Positions 10,822 through 20,587 are shown, counted from the first letter of the stretch. The stretch is DNA of 64,000 bases from an uncultured Clostridia bacterium (GCA_946415375.1 CAMKSF010000001.1:8867-72866), one strand, 5' to 3'. Numbers and translations are program-made. The notes: generated by a model from the letters alone, not told the origin.

Positions 10822-11616
10822 CTATTGTGACATTCCATATTGACTGTATAACCAATTCATATAATTAAATGGTTTCATGGTCTCAGGATTCCCATAATCT
10901 ACTCCAAATGTATCAACTGTAACTGATTTAATTTTTACATCTTTTTTAGGAGTAGATTCTTCTGTATTTCCTGTTTCTTCACTATTATCTGCTTTTTTCA
11001 CTTTAACAGCTGCTATCTTTTTAACAACGTCCATTCCTTCTATAACTTTTCCAAATCCTGCATAATAACCACTTAAATTTGTATGATCATTAGTTGTCAT
11101 TATAAAGAATTGTGTACCAGCAGAATTATATGACTGTGTTGCAAGTGTAGAAGAATATTGTGTATAATCAGCACGTGCCATTGCTATTGTCCCCTCTGTT
11201 AAATTTAAATCATTTTTCACAAATTTGTTGGCATTAAATTCACCTTTTATGCTGTATTCTGTGTCATCATCATTTTGATATAAATCTTTTAATTTTGCGC
11301 TTCCTGTTCCGTCTCCACTTGAGTCTCCACCTTGAATCATAAAGTCTTTTATAATTCTATGAAATTTTAGTCCATTATAAAAACCATTATTTGCAAGTTT
11401 AACAAAGTTTGTTACAGTGTTTGGTGCTTTATTTGGATATAGTTCTATTTTAATTGTTCCATACCCTTCTACCTCCATAGTAGCTATTGGATTTTGTATT
11501 TTTGTAGTAGCCTTTTTTGCATATCCTACACATAAAATTACTAATATTGCAACTAGTATAATCAATGTAATAATTGATATTATTATTTTCGGCATATTTT
11601 TCTTTTCTTTTTCCAT
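10822..11616 (-). CDS. ppiB: membrane-anchored cyclophilin-type peptidyl-prolyl cis-trans isomerase
   Basis: FHRIIKDFMIQGGD and GTIAMAR cyclophilin motifs. Start moved to MEKEKKNMPKIII, preceded by GGGAGG located inside the end of the upstream ORF. The track start at 11691 would overlap that ORF. Confidence 0.85.
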   Translation of the reverse strand: MEKEKKNMPKIIISIITLIILVAILVILCVGYAKKATTKIQNPIATMEVEGYGTIKIELYPNKAPNTVTNFVKLANNGFYNGLKFHRIIKDFMIQGGDSSGDGTGSAKLKDLYQNDDDTEYSIKGEFNANKFVKNDLNLTEGTIAMARADYTQYSSTLATQSYNSAGTQFFIMTTNDHTNLSGYYAGFGKVIEGMDVVKKIAAVKVKKADNSEETGNTEESTPKKDVKIKSVTVDTFGVDYGNPETMKPFNYMNWLYSQYGMSQ

Positions 11617-11621
11617 TTTTA

Positions 11622-12983
11622 TTAATCCTCCCTTTCTATACTCGTATCTGTTTTTTCTCTTTCTTGTTTTCCTTCTAAAAGTGCTTTGCATACATATTCA
11701 TCTAATATAGCCAATTTAGGTCTAAATACGTCATTATAGTATTCTGTAGTATGTTCTCGTATATATTCTGTTTGAAATCTTTCGTCATTTATTATATCTT
11801 CCGATATATTGTAATTATTTTTCTTTAATATGTTTATATAATAATTAACAAATGTTTCATTTGTATATTTATAATCATCCAAAAGCTTATGTCCGTGATT
11901 TTCAATAAGCTCTAACAACTCTTCTAAAGTTGGATTTAATCCCTCTTTTTTTAATAATTCAAATATCGAAATAATACGATTTGCTCTTTCTTCTAATACC
12001 CTCTGCATCATATTCTCAGATTCCACATGTATTACGCCTTCATATTTACTTCCTTGCTTACAAGACTTCAGCACTTTTCTTGCATTTAGTTCAACCTCTG
12101 AATCTTCTTTCAACCAGCCATTATTAGTAATTTCCTCTGGTTGTTTTCCTAAGCAAGCAACTAAACTTAAAACCGCATCATTTAATGATATTCCATCATA
12201 TGGTACAATTATAGCATTAGGATTTAAATTCAACTTATTCTTTTTTATTTCCTCTATTTCATTTTTTGGGACTAATATATAATATTTTTTTTCTAAGTGT
12301 ACATTACCTTCAAAATAAGTATCTTCAAAATTTACAGAAAGCAAATTTTCTCTATTAACGTCATTAAACCCTACTACTATTGCATATTTTCTATCATCCC
12401 AATTCCCATATCTATGACTTGTTACTGGTCCATTTAAGCCAAAATGTGTAGAATCATTAGCAGCTAAATAATCTGCTTCATATTTTTTTCCCCTAAAAGA
12501 AAAACGGGTTGTTTTTTTAGCATGTGTAGATTTAGCTGTATATATTGTATCATTACACGGAAAAAAGTTAGTTTTATGAACTAATAAAAAATCTTCTAAA
12601 CTTTTAAAAATAGGTTTTTCCTTTTTCTTTTTGTAATAATTACCTGTTGTACTTTCACTTATTATCGTATCATTTTCATCAAATTCATAGCATATTTTTC
12701 CACTTTTAACAAATTCAAAAATGTCTTTTATTCTTTTTTCCGAATAAATTTTTCTATTATCTCTTTCTACTCTTATATCTTCAATTTCTTTATCAATTTT
12801 TTCAATCTGATCTTTTATAGGTCGATTTTTTTCACGATGCTGTCTATTAGTATCTTTAATATATTTTTTTCTAAAAATCTTATCAAATAATGAGAATCTT
12901 TTATAGGGTATCATCTCATTTTGTAATTTATGCTTTTCATTTTCCAACTCTTGCAACTTTTTTTCATAATATTCTTTTAACAT
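11622..12983 (-). CDS. uncharacterised protein, paralogous to the ORF at 14785-16728 (family A)
   Basis: Long open frame. Start set at MLKEYYEKK, preceded by AGGGAGAA. Shares blocks with the 647-aa ORF (STHFGLNGPVTSHRYGNW...NLLSVNFEDTYFEGN versus TLHFTVNSLVSDHMYGKF...NLLPSDSFITGN). Its 3' end carries the ppiB RBS. Confidence 0.7.
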   Translation of the reverse strand: MLKEYYEKKLQELENEKHKLQNEMIPYKRFSLFDKIFRKKYIKDTNRQHREKNRPIKDQIEKIDKEIEDIRVERDNRKIYSEKRIKDIFEFVKSGKICYEFDENDTIISESTTGNYYKKKKEKPIFKSLEDFLLVHKTNFFPCNDTIYTAKSTHAKKTTRFSFRGKKYEADYLAANDSTHFGLNGPVTSHRYGNWDDRKYAIVVGFNDVNRENLLSVNFEDTYFEGNVHLEKKYYILVPKNEIEEIKKNKLNLNPNAIIVPYDGISLNDAVLSLVACLGKQPEEITNNGWLKEDSEVELNARKVLKSCKQGSKYEGVIHVESENMMQRVLEERANRIISIFELLKKEGLNPTLEELLELIENHGHKLLDDYKYTNETFVNYYINILKKNNYNISEDIINDERFQTEYIREHTTEYYNDVFRPKLAILDEYVCKALLEGKQEREKTDTSIERED

Positions 12984-13010
12984 TATATTATTTCTCCCTA
13001 AACAAACCAT

Positions 13011-13039
13011 ACTATATAACAATTTTTTTTTTATGTCAA
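13011..13039 (-). promoter_or_regulatory. sigma-A-type promoter for the family-A ORF / ppiB unit
   Basis: Minus strand reads TTGACA, then 17 nt, then TATAGT. It lies immediately after the hydA stop and upstream of the RBS and ATG at 12983. Confidence 0.55.
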
Positions 13040-13046
13040 GAAAAAC

Positions 13047-14792
13047 TTAGCAATATTTTTCTCTTTTTGCATAAACTGTATGTAATAGTTCATGTGCTTT
13101 GTGTCCGTTTGGTTCTCCAAAGAAATCTTTATAAATCTCTTTAAGTATAGGGTTTTGATGTGATTTTCTAATTGTTGATTTTTCATCTATTGTGTATAAT
13201 GCATCTGCTCTTAATTTTCTAACATCATATTTCCTTCTAATTTTTGAAGATTTTATAGGTTGACCTCCACCCATTATGCATCCTCCTGGGCAAGCCATAA
13301 TTTCTATAAAATCTGCTTCTACTGTTCCATCTTTAACCATTTCCATCACTTTTCTTGCATTTCCTAAGCCGCTTGAAACAATGATTCTAATATCTTTTCC
13401 ATTAACATTTACAGTTGCTCTTTTTATTCCTTTTTCTCCACGTACATCCTCGAATTTTATTTCTTCTAAGTCTTTTCCTGTTAATAAGTCTTGTGCTGTT
13501 CTTAATGCAGCTTCCATAACTCCACCTGTAGTTCCAAATATTGCTGCAGCTCCTGTTGCTTCTCCCATAGGATTGTCAAATTCTGAATCTGTCAAATCTT
13601 CAAAATCTATATTTGATTGTCTTATCATTTTTGCAAGCTCTCTTGTTGTAATAACTGCATCCACATTATATAAATCTTCATTTTTCATTTCCGGTCTTTG
13701 TCTTTCAAATTTTTTAGCAACACATGGCATTACAGATACAACAAATATATTTTTAGAATCAATATTATTCTTTTCAGCATAATATGTTTTTAAAATAGCA
13801 CCAAACATTTCATGTGGTGATTTACAACTTGACACATTTGCTAAATATTCTGGATATTCCATTTCTATAAATCTTATCCATGCTGGGCAACATGATGTAA
13901 ACATTGGCAATGGCTTTTTCTCATCAGCTTTTAAAACTCGATTTATAAACTCTGATGCTTCCTCCATAATTGTAAAATCAGCTCCTGTGTTTGTATCAAA
14001 TACTTTATTAAATCCAAGTCTTTTAAGTGCTGTAACCATTTTACCTTGTACATTTGTACCAATTGGCATACCAAATTCTTCTCCTAACGCAACCCTTACT
14101 GCTGGAGCTGTTTGTACTAATACAACTGTATCTTCATCTTTTAATTTTTCCCAAACTTCATCTATATTTTCCTTTTCATGTAAAGCTGCCGTTGGACAAT
14201 TTTGAATACATTGTCCACAAAATGTACAATTTACATCTGCAAGTGATTTATTTCCTACAGTTGAAATGCTTGAGTCAAATCCTCTATTAACACATTCAAT
14301 TGCTCCTATTTCTTGTACTTTTTGACAAGTACTTGTACATCTTCTACATAACACACATTTTGCAGTATTTCTAACTATCGATGTAGATTTATCATCTATT
14401 TGCTTTTTATTTATTTCACCCTCAAACTCCACATCAGTTATTCCAAATTTTTTAGCTAAATCTTGTAATTCGCAATTCTCATTTCTAATACAACTTAAGC
14501 ACTTTTTTTCATGTGCTGAAAGTATTAATTCTAATACATTTTTTCTAGCCTCATTAACTTCTTTTGTATTTGTTCTAACTACCATTCCCTCTGTAACTTT
14601 TTGCATACATGAAGGGACAAATCCTCTTGCACCTTCAACTTCTACAAGGCACATTCTACAATCTCCAACTTCATTTATATCTTTCAAAAAGCATAATGTT
14701 GGAATATCTATCCCTACTGATTTGGCTGCTTCCAAAACAGTCATATTTTCAGGTACCTCAGTTTCAATTCCATCTATTGTAATTCTAATCAT
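13047..14792 (-). CDS. hydA: [FeFe]-hydrogenase catalytic subunit, HydA of a HydABC (NADH/ferredoxin, bifurcating-type) complex
   Basis: All three H-cluster motifs are present: TSCCPAW, MPCVAKKFE, EIMACPGGCIMGGGQP. N-terminal 2Fe-2S and 4Fe-4S ferredoxin Cys clusters. Neighbours NuoF- and NuoE-like genes. Confidence 0.92.
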   Translation of the reverse strand: MIRITIDGIETEVPENMTVLEAAKSVGIDIPTLCFLKDINEVGDCRMCLVEVEGARGFVPSCMQKVTEGMVVRTNTKEVNEARKNVLELILSAHEKKCLSCIRNENCELQDLAKKFGITDVEFEGEINKKQIDDKSTSIVRNTAKCVLCRRCTSTCQKVQEIGAIECVNRGFDSSISTVGNKSLADVNCTFCGQCIQNCPTAALHEKENIDEVWEKLKDEDTVVLVQTAPAVRVALGEEFGMPIGTNVQGKMVTALKRLGFNKVFDTNTGADFTIMEEASEFINRVLKADEKKPLPMFTSCCPAWIRFIEMEYPEYLANVSSCKSPHEMFGAILKTYYAEKNNIDSKNIFVVSVMPCVAKKFERQRPEMKNEDLYNVDAVITTRELAKMIRQSNIDFEDLTDSEFDNPMGEATGAAAIFGTTGGVMEAALRTAQDLLTGKDLEEIKFEDVRGEKGIKRATVNVNGKDIRIIVSSGLGNARKVMEMVKDGTVEADFIEIMACPGGCIMGGGQPIKSSKIRRKYDVRKLRADALYTIDEKSTIRKSHQNPILKEIYKDFFGEPNGHKAHELLHTVYAKREKYC

Positions 14793-16728
14793 CTCTTCCT
14801 CCTTTATCTACTTTATATTCTTCATCGAAATCTTCTTTTGTAATCAATCTCTCATCTAAATTTTTTTGATCTTCTTTTTTTCTTTCTAACTCGTATCTCT
14901 TTTCTATAGTCTCATCATATTTTCCAATGATTTCTTTCATTTTAGAAGGAGATATTTTTTTCAATACATCTGTTAAATAATCACCATATAGTTTATCTAA
15001 TTCAATCGTTTCAGGCTCATAATAAAATTTTCCATCACCAACATCCATTCCAACTCCATTCATATATCCTAAAGCCATTTTTAATCTATCATAATCAAAA
15101 TCTTCGCCAAGTAAGTGATGAGCTTCTTCTTTTATTATTTCAACCATAATCTTTATTTCTTCTCTTATAACTTTCATACTTTTATTTATATCTTGATTAT
15201 CCCATTTTGAACCCATATGAGATCCACACTCTATACCTTTTTGTTGAGACTCTTTTATCAATCTTTGATTCATTTTATCTAGGTACTTTTCTGCATATTC
15301 ACCTTCATCATAATTATAATAAAATGAAGATACTGTTCCAAAAACTTTATCTTGTTGATTTAAATATAATTGAGCTGCATATTGATATATATCCTTTTCA
15401 TCATCAACATTTCTTTTTATTTCTTCTTCATCAAATAATATAATGTCTAATCTTTTTAATTCCTGTGCAATTTTTTCATCTTTCATTAATTCTTTGTAAT
15501 TTTTAAATGAAATTAGTGCTATCTTCACCTTCAAATTTCCTGTTATAAAGCTGTCTGATGGAAGTAAATTAACAGCTCTATCCTCTATATCATCTGCTGA
15601 AACTATATAAATAATTTTTCCCTCACTAAATTTACCATACATATGATCACTTACCAAAGAATTTACAGTAAAATGTAACGTCTGTCTTAGTTGATTCGTT
15701 TTCTGTTTATAGTCATCTATATTCTCATCTGGAAAAGCATTTTTTATTGTTTCTAGTCCAAAAAATGAGTCAGTTTTTCTTGGTTCAGAAAATAGTCCTA
15801 TTGGCTCTAATAATCCTAAACGAGAAATTCTATCCGTATTAACAAGTCTTAAATAGACTGTATCTTCTTTTTTCACCTCATGATTGTTTTCAGATAACTT
15901 TTTTTGTGCTAATTCATCATTAGCTCTTATTAAAGACTCTCTGTCAATCACTTCAAGTATTTTTGGGCATTTTTCTTGACTATTTATTTCTATACCTTTT
16001 TCAGATAAAATAATTCTATTTTTTATATCCTCTTCAACACATTCTAAGAAATATTTCTTAAATTCTTTAGTTAAATCATTACCTAAAACTTCCCTTGCTA
16101 ATCTCATTTTTTCTTCGGTATCTTTGCATCTTTTTATAGATTGTATCTTTTTATTAATAAATGAAATCTTTGCATTTTTTATTATTTTTTTTCTTTGTTC
16201 ATCTCTGTCACAATTTCTTTCTATAAATGAAATAAAGTTTTCTAAAATACTATATGAATTAAAGCTTTTTAATTCATCTTTATTGTCTTTTGAATAATAT
16301 TTTTCGAAATGTCCATAAATATCAATTATACCTTCACTTGTATATCTTACGCCGTACTCTCTTTCCTCTACATTCTTATTTATTTTAGAATAAGTTCTCT
16401 TCTCTCTCACAAATTTAATTGATTTTTGAATTTCTTCGTCATCTTTCAAAATAGATTCGATATAATCATACTCGTCCCCATATGATTTTTTTTCTGAAAT
16501 GATGTTGTTACTATTTATTTTATTATAGTATCTAAATAATTCCATTATTCTCGATAATAATATTTCTAATTTATATTTTTTTGAACTACCATCTAAATTA
16601 TCATCATTAATTATCTCATTTATTTCTTTTTTTAAAATATCAAGTTTAGATTCGAATTCTTTTTCTTTATTTTCGTCTTTTTCCTTATTCAACATTTTTT
16701 TTATTATTTTTAATAAATTAAAATTCAT
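14785..16728 (-). CDS. uncharacterised 647-aa protein (family A paralogue) inserted between hydB and hydA
   Basis: 647-codon open frame with an AGAGGA RBS. Its stop overlaps the hydA start (ATGATTAG) and the hydA RBS AAAGGAGGAAG lies in its last codons. No recognisable domain. Confidence 0.75.
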   Translation of the reverse strand: MNFNLLKIIKKMLNKEKDENKEKEFESKLDILKKEINEIINDDNLDGSSKKYKLEILLSRIMELFRYYNKINSNNIISEKKSYGDEYDYIESILKDDEEIQKSIKFVREKRTYSKINKNVEEREYGVRYTSEGIIDIYGHFEKYYSKDNKDELKSFNSYSILENFISFIERNCDRDEQRKKIIKNAKISFINKKIQSIKRCKDTEEKMRLAREVLGNDLTKEFKKYFLECVEEDIKNRIILSEKGIEINSQEKCPKILEVIDRESLIRANDELAQKKLSENNHEVKKEDTVYLRLVNTDRISRLGLLEPIGLFSEPRKTDSFFGLETIKNAFPDENIDDYKQKTNQLRQTLHFTVNSLVSDHMYGKFSEGKIIYIVSADDIEDRAVNLLPSDSFITGNLKVKIALISFKNYKELMKDEKIAQELKRLDIILFDEEEIKRNVDDEKDIYQYAAQLYLNQQDKVFGTVSSFYYNYDEGEYAEKYLDKMNQRLIKESQQKGIECGSHMGSKWDNQDINKSMKVIREEIKIMVEIIKEEAHHLLGEDFDYDRLKMALGYMNGVGMDVGDGKFYYEPETIELDKLYGDYLTDVLKKISPSKMKEIIGKYDETIEKRYELERKKEDQKNLDERLITKEDFDEEYKVDKGGRDD

Positions 16729-16757
16729 ATTTATCCTCTAATTGTTTATATTTTTTA

Positions 16758-18617
16758 TCACTTAATAGCCTTAAATGGACACTTACTAATACATGTACCA
16801 CATTTAATACATTTTTCTTGATTTATCTGTCGTTTGGTTCCTGGTCCTTCTCCTTCAATTGCTCCAACAGGGCAATTCTTTTGACATAATCCACAACCTT
16901 TGCATAATTCGGGATTAATCTCAATTTTTGCTAATTTCTTACATTCATTTGTACTGCATTTTTTATCTACAGCATGTTCTTCATATTCATTTCTAAAATA
17001 TTTTAATGTACTAATTACAGGGTTTGAAGCTGTTTGTCCAAGTCCACAGACACTTGCTTTCGATATTGTTTTTGTTAATTCCTCTAATTTATCTATATCT
17101 GCTAGAGTCCCTTCTCCGTTTGTAAGTTTTTCTAATATCTCATACATTCTTTTTGTTCCAATTCTACATGGATTACATTTTCCACAGCTTTCATCTACGG
17201 TAAATCCTAAATAGAATTTTGCAAGATTAACCATACATTTTGAATCGTCCATAACAATAAGTCCACCTGACCCCATCATCGAACCTATTTCTTTTAAAGA
17301 TTCATAATCTATTGGAGTATCTAAATATTCTGCTGGAATACATCCTCCAGATGGTCCTCCTGTTTGAGCAGCTTTAAATTCTCTTTTATTTGGAATTCCT
17401 CCACCAATATCATAAACAATTTCTCTTAAAGTAGTTCCCATAGGTACTTCCACTAAACCTATATTATTTACATTTCCTCCAAGTGCAAATACTTTTGTTC
17501 CTTTTGAGCCTTCTGTTCCAATAGATGCATACCAATCTGCTCCATTTCGAATTATTTTAGTAATATTTGCATATGTTTCAACATTATTTATAAGTGTTGG
17601 ACATTTCCATAATCCACTATTTGCTGGAAATGGTGGCTTTAGTCTAGGCTGTCCACGTCTTCCTTCAATTGACTCAAGTAGTGCTGTTTCTTCTCCGCAA
17701 ACAAAAGCCCCAGCTCCAAGTCTAATATGTAAATCAAATTCAAAATCAGTTCCAAAGATATTTTTTCCAAGTATTCCTTTTTCTCTTGCTTGGTCTATTG
17801 CAATTTGAAATCTTTTAACTGCAATTGGATATTCTGCTCTAACATAAATATATCCTTCATTAGCTCCTATTGCGTATCCCGCAATCATCATTGCTTCTAT
17901 AACACAGTGTGGATCTCCCTCTAATACACTTCTATCCATAAATGCTCCCGGGTCTCCTTCGTCTGCATTACATACAACATATTTTTGCTCTCCTTCTGCT
18001 TGTTTCGCAAAAAGCCACTTCTTACCCGTTGGGAATCCAGCTCCTCCACGTCCTCTAAGTCCTGATTTTGTTACTTCTTCTATTACTTCATCAGGTGTCA
18101 TTTCTTTTAATACTTTTTCTAATGCTAGATATCCATCAAAAGCTATATATTCATCTATATCTTCTGGATTAATGACTCCACAATTCTTTAAAACAATTCT
18201 TTGTTGTTTCTTATAGAATTCAAGTTCATCTAGTTTTTCGACTAGTTTTCCATCAATATCCTTGCATAAAAGCCTTTCAACTCTTTTATTTTCAACAATA
18301 TGCGTTTGAATTATTTCTTCGCAATCTTCTGGTTTAACATGTGCATAAAAAGTATTTTCAGGTCTAATTATTACAACAGGTCCTTTTGCACATAATCCAA
18401 AACATCCTGTTTTTATAACTCTTACATTTTCAATATTTTTTTCTTCTAATGTTTTTCTAAAATTTTCTAAAATTTCAGGTGATTTAGAAGATGTACATCC
18501 TGTTCCATGACATACTAAAATATGTTTTTCCCTTGTATCAGATTTTGTATTTATTCTTAATTCTAACTCTTTTTTCTTTTCTTCTCTTATTTTATGAATT
18601 TCTTCTATTGTATTCAT
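16758..18617 (-). CDS. hydB: NuoF-like NADH-binding flavoprotein subunit HydB
   Basis: GLRGRGGAGFPTGKKW FMN/NADH motif. N-terminal thioredoxin-like 2Fe-2S (VCHGTGCTSS). C-terminal 2x[4Fe-4S] (CKGCGLCQKNCP, CIKCGTCISKCP). Confidence 0.92.
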   Translation of the reverse strand: MNTIEEIHKIREEKKKELELRINTKSDTREKHILVCHGTGCTSSKSPEILENFRKTLEEKNIENVRVIKTGCFGLCAKGPVVIIRPENTFYAHVKPEDCEEIIQTHIVENKRVERLLCKDIDGKLVEKLDELEFYKKQQRIVLKNCGVINPEDIDEYIAFDGYLALEKVLKEMTPDEVIEEVTKSGLRGRGGAGFPTGKKWLFAKQAEGEQKYVVCNADEGDPGAFMDRSVLEGDPHCVIEAMMIAGYAIGANEGYIYVRAEYPIAVKRFQIAIDQAREKGILGKNIFGTDFEFDLHIRLGAGAFVCGEETALLESIEGRRGQPRLKPPFPANSGLWKCPTLINNVETYANITKIIRNGADWYASIGTEGSKGTKVFALGGNVNNIGLVEVPMGTTLREIVYDIGGGIPNKREFKAAQTGGPSGGCIPAEYLDTPIDYESLKEIGSMMGSGGLIVMDDSKCMVNLAKFYLGFTVDESCGKCNPCRIGTKRMYEILEKLTNGEGTLADIDKLEELTKTISKASVCGLGQTASNPVISTLKYFRNEYEEHAVDKKCSTNECKKLAKIEINPELCKGCGLCQKNCPVGAIEGEGPGTKRQINQEKCIKCGTCISKCPFKAIK

Positions 18618-18646
18618 AACATTCTCCTTTCAAATAATTTTGTTTG

Positions 18647-19411
18647 TTAAACTCTCTCTTCAATTTGTTTTTCGTTTTCTTCTCTTATTTCTAAAACTCT
18701 TTTTTTAAATTCTTCATCATCTTTAAATATATCTGGATTTCTTTTGATATCATTTAATAATTCTTTGCCAAAGACAGACACTACCTTTGAACCAACAATC
18801 TCTTTATTGTAAAGCTTTGAAAGTATTTCTAATAATTCTTCACTTTTAATACTTTCCAAAACTCTAAATCCTGTTAATTTTATATATTCGTCTTTTGGCA
18901 TAACAAGATTTCTTGTCCAATCAATTATTTTTCCATTCTTTGTTTCAATAACTGAATGCAAATACCTTCCACCAGATACATTTGTATATCCAGTTAGTAC
19001 ATTATTATTTATCATTCCAACTGCCATTCCTATTGAAGCCAAATGACAGTGCCTATACCTTTTTTCTGATTCTAATTCTTTTTTACTTTTTTTATCATCT
19101 ATTGAATTTGATATTTTATCAAATGTATATTTTTCTCCTAAATACTCAAATTCATATTCCTCATTTTCTTCATTCCAAACTATTCGAGAAAAATCAAATT
19201 TTGTCTTAGCTCCAAAATATTTTTTAATAAAAGATATAAAAATGCTCTTCTCTCTAAATCTTGTATAGGTTTCTATAATGTATAAAATATAATCTCTTAT
19301 CTCTTCTTCTTTATCACGCTCTCTAATATTATCTTTATCCGTAAACAATAGGTCATATGTATTTTTATTAATGCCATTTTCTTTATATTTCATCTCATTA
19401 TTATCTTTCAT
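18647..19411 (-). CDS. uncharacterised protein with a possible transglutaminase-like Cys-His-Asp core, inserted between hydC and hydB
   Basis: 254 aa with an AAGGGG RBS. RYRHCHLASIGMAVGM (Cys) followed by GGRYLHSVIETKNGKIIDWTRN resembles the C...HxWxE...W.xDpT layout of the transglutaminase-like peptidase fold. This is a by-eye assignment only. Confidence 0.6.
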   Translation of the reverse strand: MKDNNEMKYKENGINKNTYDLLFTDKDNIRERDKEEEIRDYILYIIETYTRFREKSIFISFIKKYFGAKTKFDFSRIVWNEENEEYEFEYLGEKYTFDKISNSIDDKKSKKELESEKRYRHCHLASIGMAVGMINNNVLTGYTNVSGGRYLHSVIETKNGKIIDWTRNLVMPKDEYIKLTGFRVLESIKSEELLEILSKLYNKEIVGSKVVSVFGKELLNDIKRNPDIFKDDEEFKKRVLEIREENEKQIEERV

Positions 19412-19433
19412 ATAAAATAACCCCTTAACAAAC

Positions 19434-19931
19434 TTAAGTGTTTTCTTTCAGAATTTGGTCTATTACTTGATCTAATATCTGTACTGTTGCCATTCCATAT
19501 ACTTCTCCATTTACTGTAAATACAGGTGCTAGTCCACAAGCTCCAACACATCTTGTTTCTTCTAAAGAAAAAAGTCCATCTTCTGTAGTTTGTCCTGGTT
19601 CAATTTTTAGTCTTTCTTTTGCTCTATCTAATATCTTTTCTGAACCTTTTACAAAACATGCTGTTCCAAGACATATAGCAATATTATATTTTCCTTTTGG
19701 TTCTAATGTAAATCTTGAATAAAATGTTATAACTCCATATATTTCTGCCATAGGCATATTTAAATATTCTGATATTTCCTCTTGTGCATGCTTTGGTATA
19801 TATCCATAATGTTCCTGCACACTATTTAATATTTGAATTAAATTGTCTTTTTCTGGTTTATATTCTTTTAATAAATCTTTCATAAAGCAATCTTTCTTTG
19901 AATTTCCACATTGACATTTGTTTTCTCCCAT
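19434..19931 (-). CDS. hydC: NuoE-like 2Fe-2S subunit HydC
   Basis: CLGTACFVKG...CVGACGLAP thioredoxin-like [2Fe-2S] ferredoxin motif. 165 aa; first gene of the hydrogenase cluster. Confidence 0.9.
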   Translation of the reverse strand: MGENKCQCGNSKKDCFMKDLLKEYKPEKDNLIQILNSVQEHYGYIPKHAQEEISEYLNMPMAEIYGVITFYSRFTLEPKGKYNIAICLGTACFVKGSEKILDRAKERLKIEPGQTTEDGLFSLEETRCVGACGLAPVFTVNGEVYGMATVQILDQVIDQILKENT

Positions 19932-20074
19932 ATTTTTTCCCTTTCTTTCTTATTAATTTCCATACAAGTATATATTAACATTTATTATTTTTTATTTCAA
20001 TAATTTATGCAAAAAAATTTGCCGTAAATTTTTGGAAATTTAATTTTGATTTTTATTGAAAATAGCTGACAAAT

Positions 20075-20103
20075 TTGATTTTTTTCAATAAAAATGATAT
20101 AAT
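20075..20103 (+). promoter_or_regulatory. sigma-A-type promoter for the 121-aa membrane protein gene
   Basis: TTGATT, then 17 nt, then TATAAT, about 75 nt upstream of the AAAAGGAGGA RBS. Confidence 0.5.
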
Positions 20104-20177
20104 AGATTATAGAACGTAAGGCAATTTGCCTTGCTTAAAATAGATGTTCCATAAAGCAAAACACAAAAGGAGGACAA

Positions 20178-20543
20178 ATGAAAAAAGAAGATAAAAATGC
20201 TTTGATGTACCTTATTACATCAGTAATGCTGGTGATTACAAGAATACTAGGGCTTTATGCTCTACTAAAGTACTGCACCACATTGGAGCCGATCGACAGC
20301 ATAGAGCTCATCGTCACGTGCGTGTTGGCGGCATGGTTTTCTATTGATATTCTGTACACCAATTTTGACCTGGTGCCGCGTATCAAGACAGTACTCCTAA
20401 ATGCTGTCGCCGGCCTGGGAATATATTATTTAATTAATGGAACATCATCTTTCTGTGCAAAAAGACTAATTCTTTTAGTCATTTTCACAGTGCTGATTTC
20501 ATTTATTGAATCCCTGTCTGATTGGACAATAATTGATGAATGA
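20178..20543 (+). CDS. small 4-TM membrane protein, compositionally atypical (higher GC)
   Basis: Strong RBS AAAAGGAGGACAAATG and four hydrophobic segments. The central part is visibly GC-richer (for example gtcacgtgcgtgttggcggcatgg, gctgtcgccggcctggga) than anything around it. Followed by a strong terminator. Confidence 0.6.
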   Translation: MKKEDKNALMYLITSVMLVITRILGLYALLKYCTTLEPIDSIELIVTCVLAAWFSIDILYTNFDLVPRIKTVLLNAVAGLGIYYLINGTSSFCAKRLILLVIFTVLISFIESLSDWTIIDE

Positions 20544-20549
20544 AAGATT

Positions 20550-20587
20550 GCAGGGGGGACAATAGTATATTGCCCCCTGCTTTTTTA
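20550..20587 (+). terminator. rho-independent terminator
   Basis: GCAGGGGG..CAAT-loop-ATTG-CCCCCTGC stem followed by TTTTTTAT. Confidence 0.85.

Noticed and set aside
11617-11691. N-terminal extension of the cyclophilin ORF overlapping the upstream gene by 70 nt
   Set aside because: The internal ATG (MEKEKK) has a GGGAGG RBS and immediately precedes the TM anchor. The extension is basic junk read from the upstream gene's 3' end.
13276-13782. 168-aa plus-strand ORF inside hydA
   Set aside because: It is antisense to a gene with unambiguous H-cluster motifs. Its composition is low-complexity Ser/Phe/Ile-rich, typical of a shadow frame, and it has no RBS.
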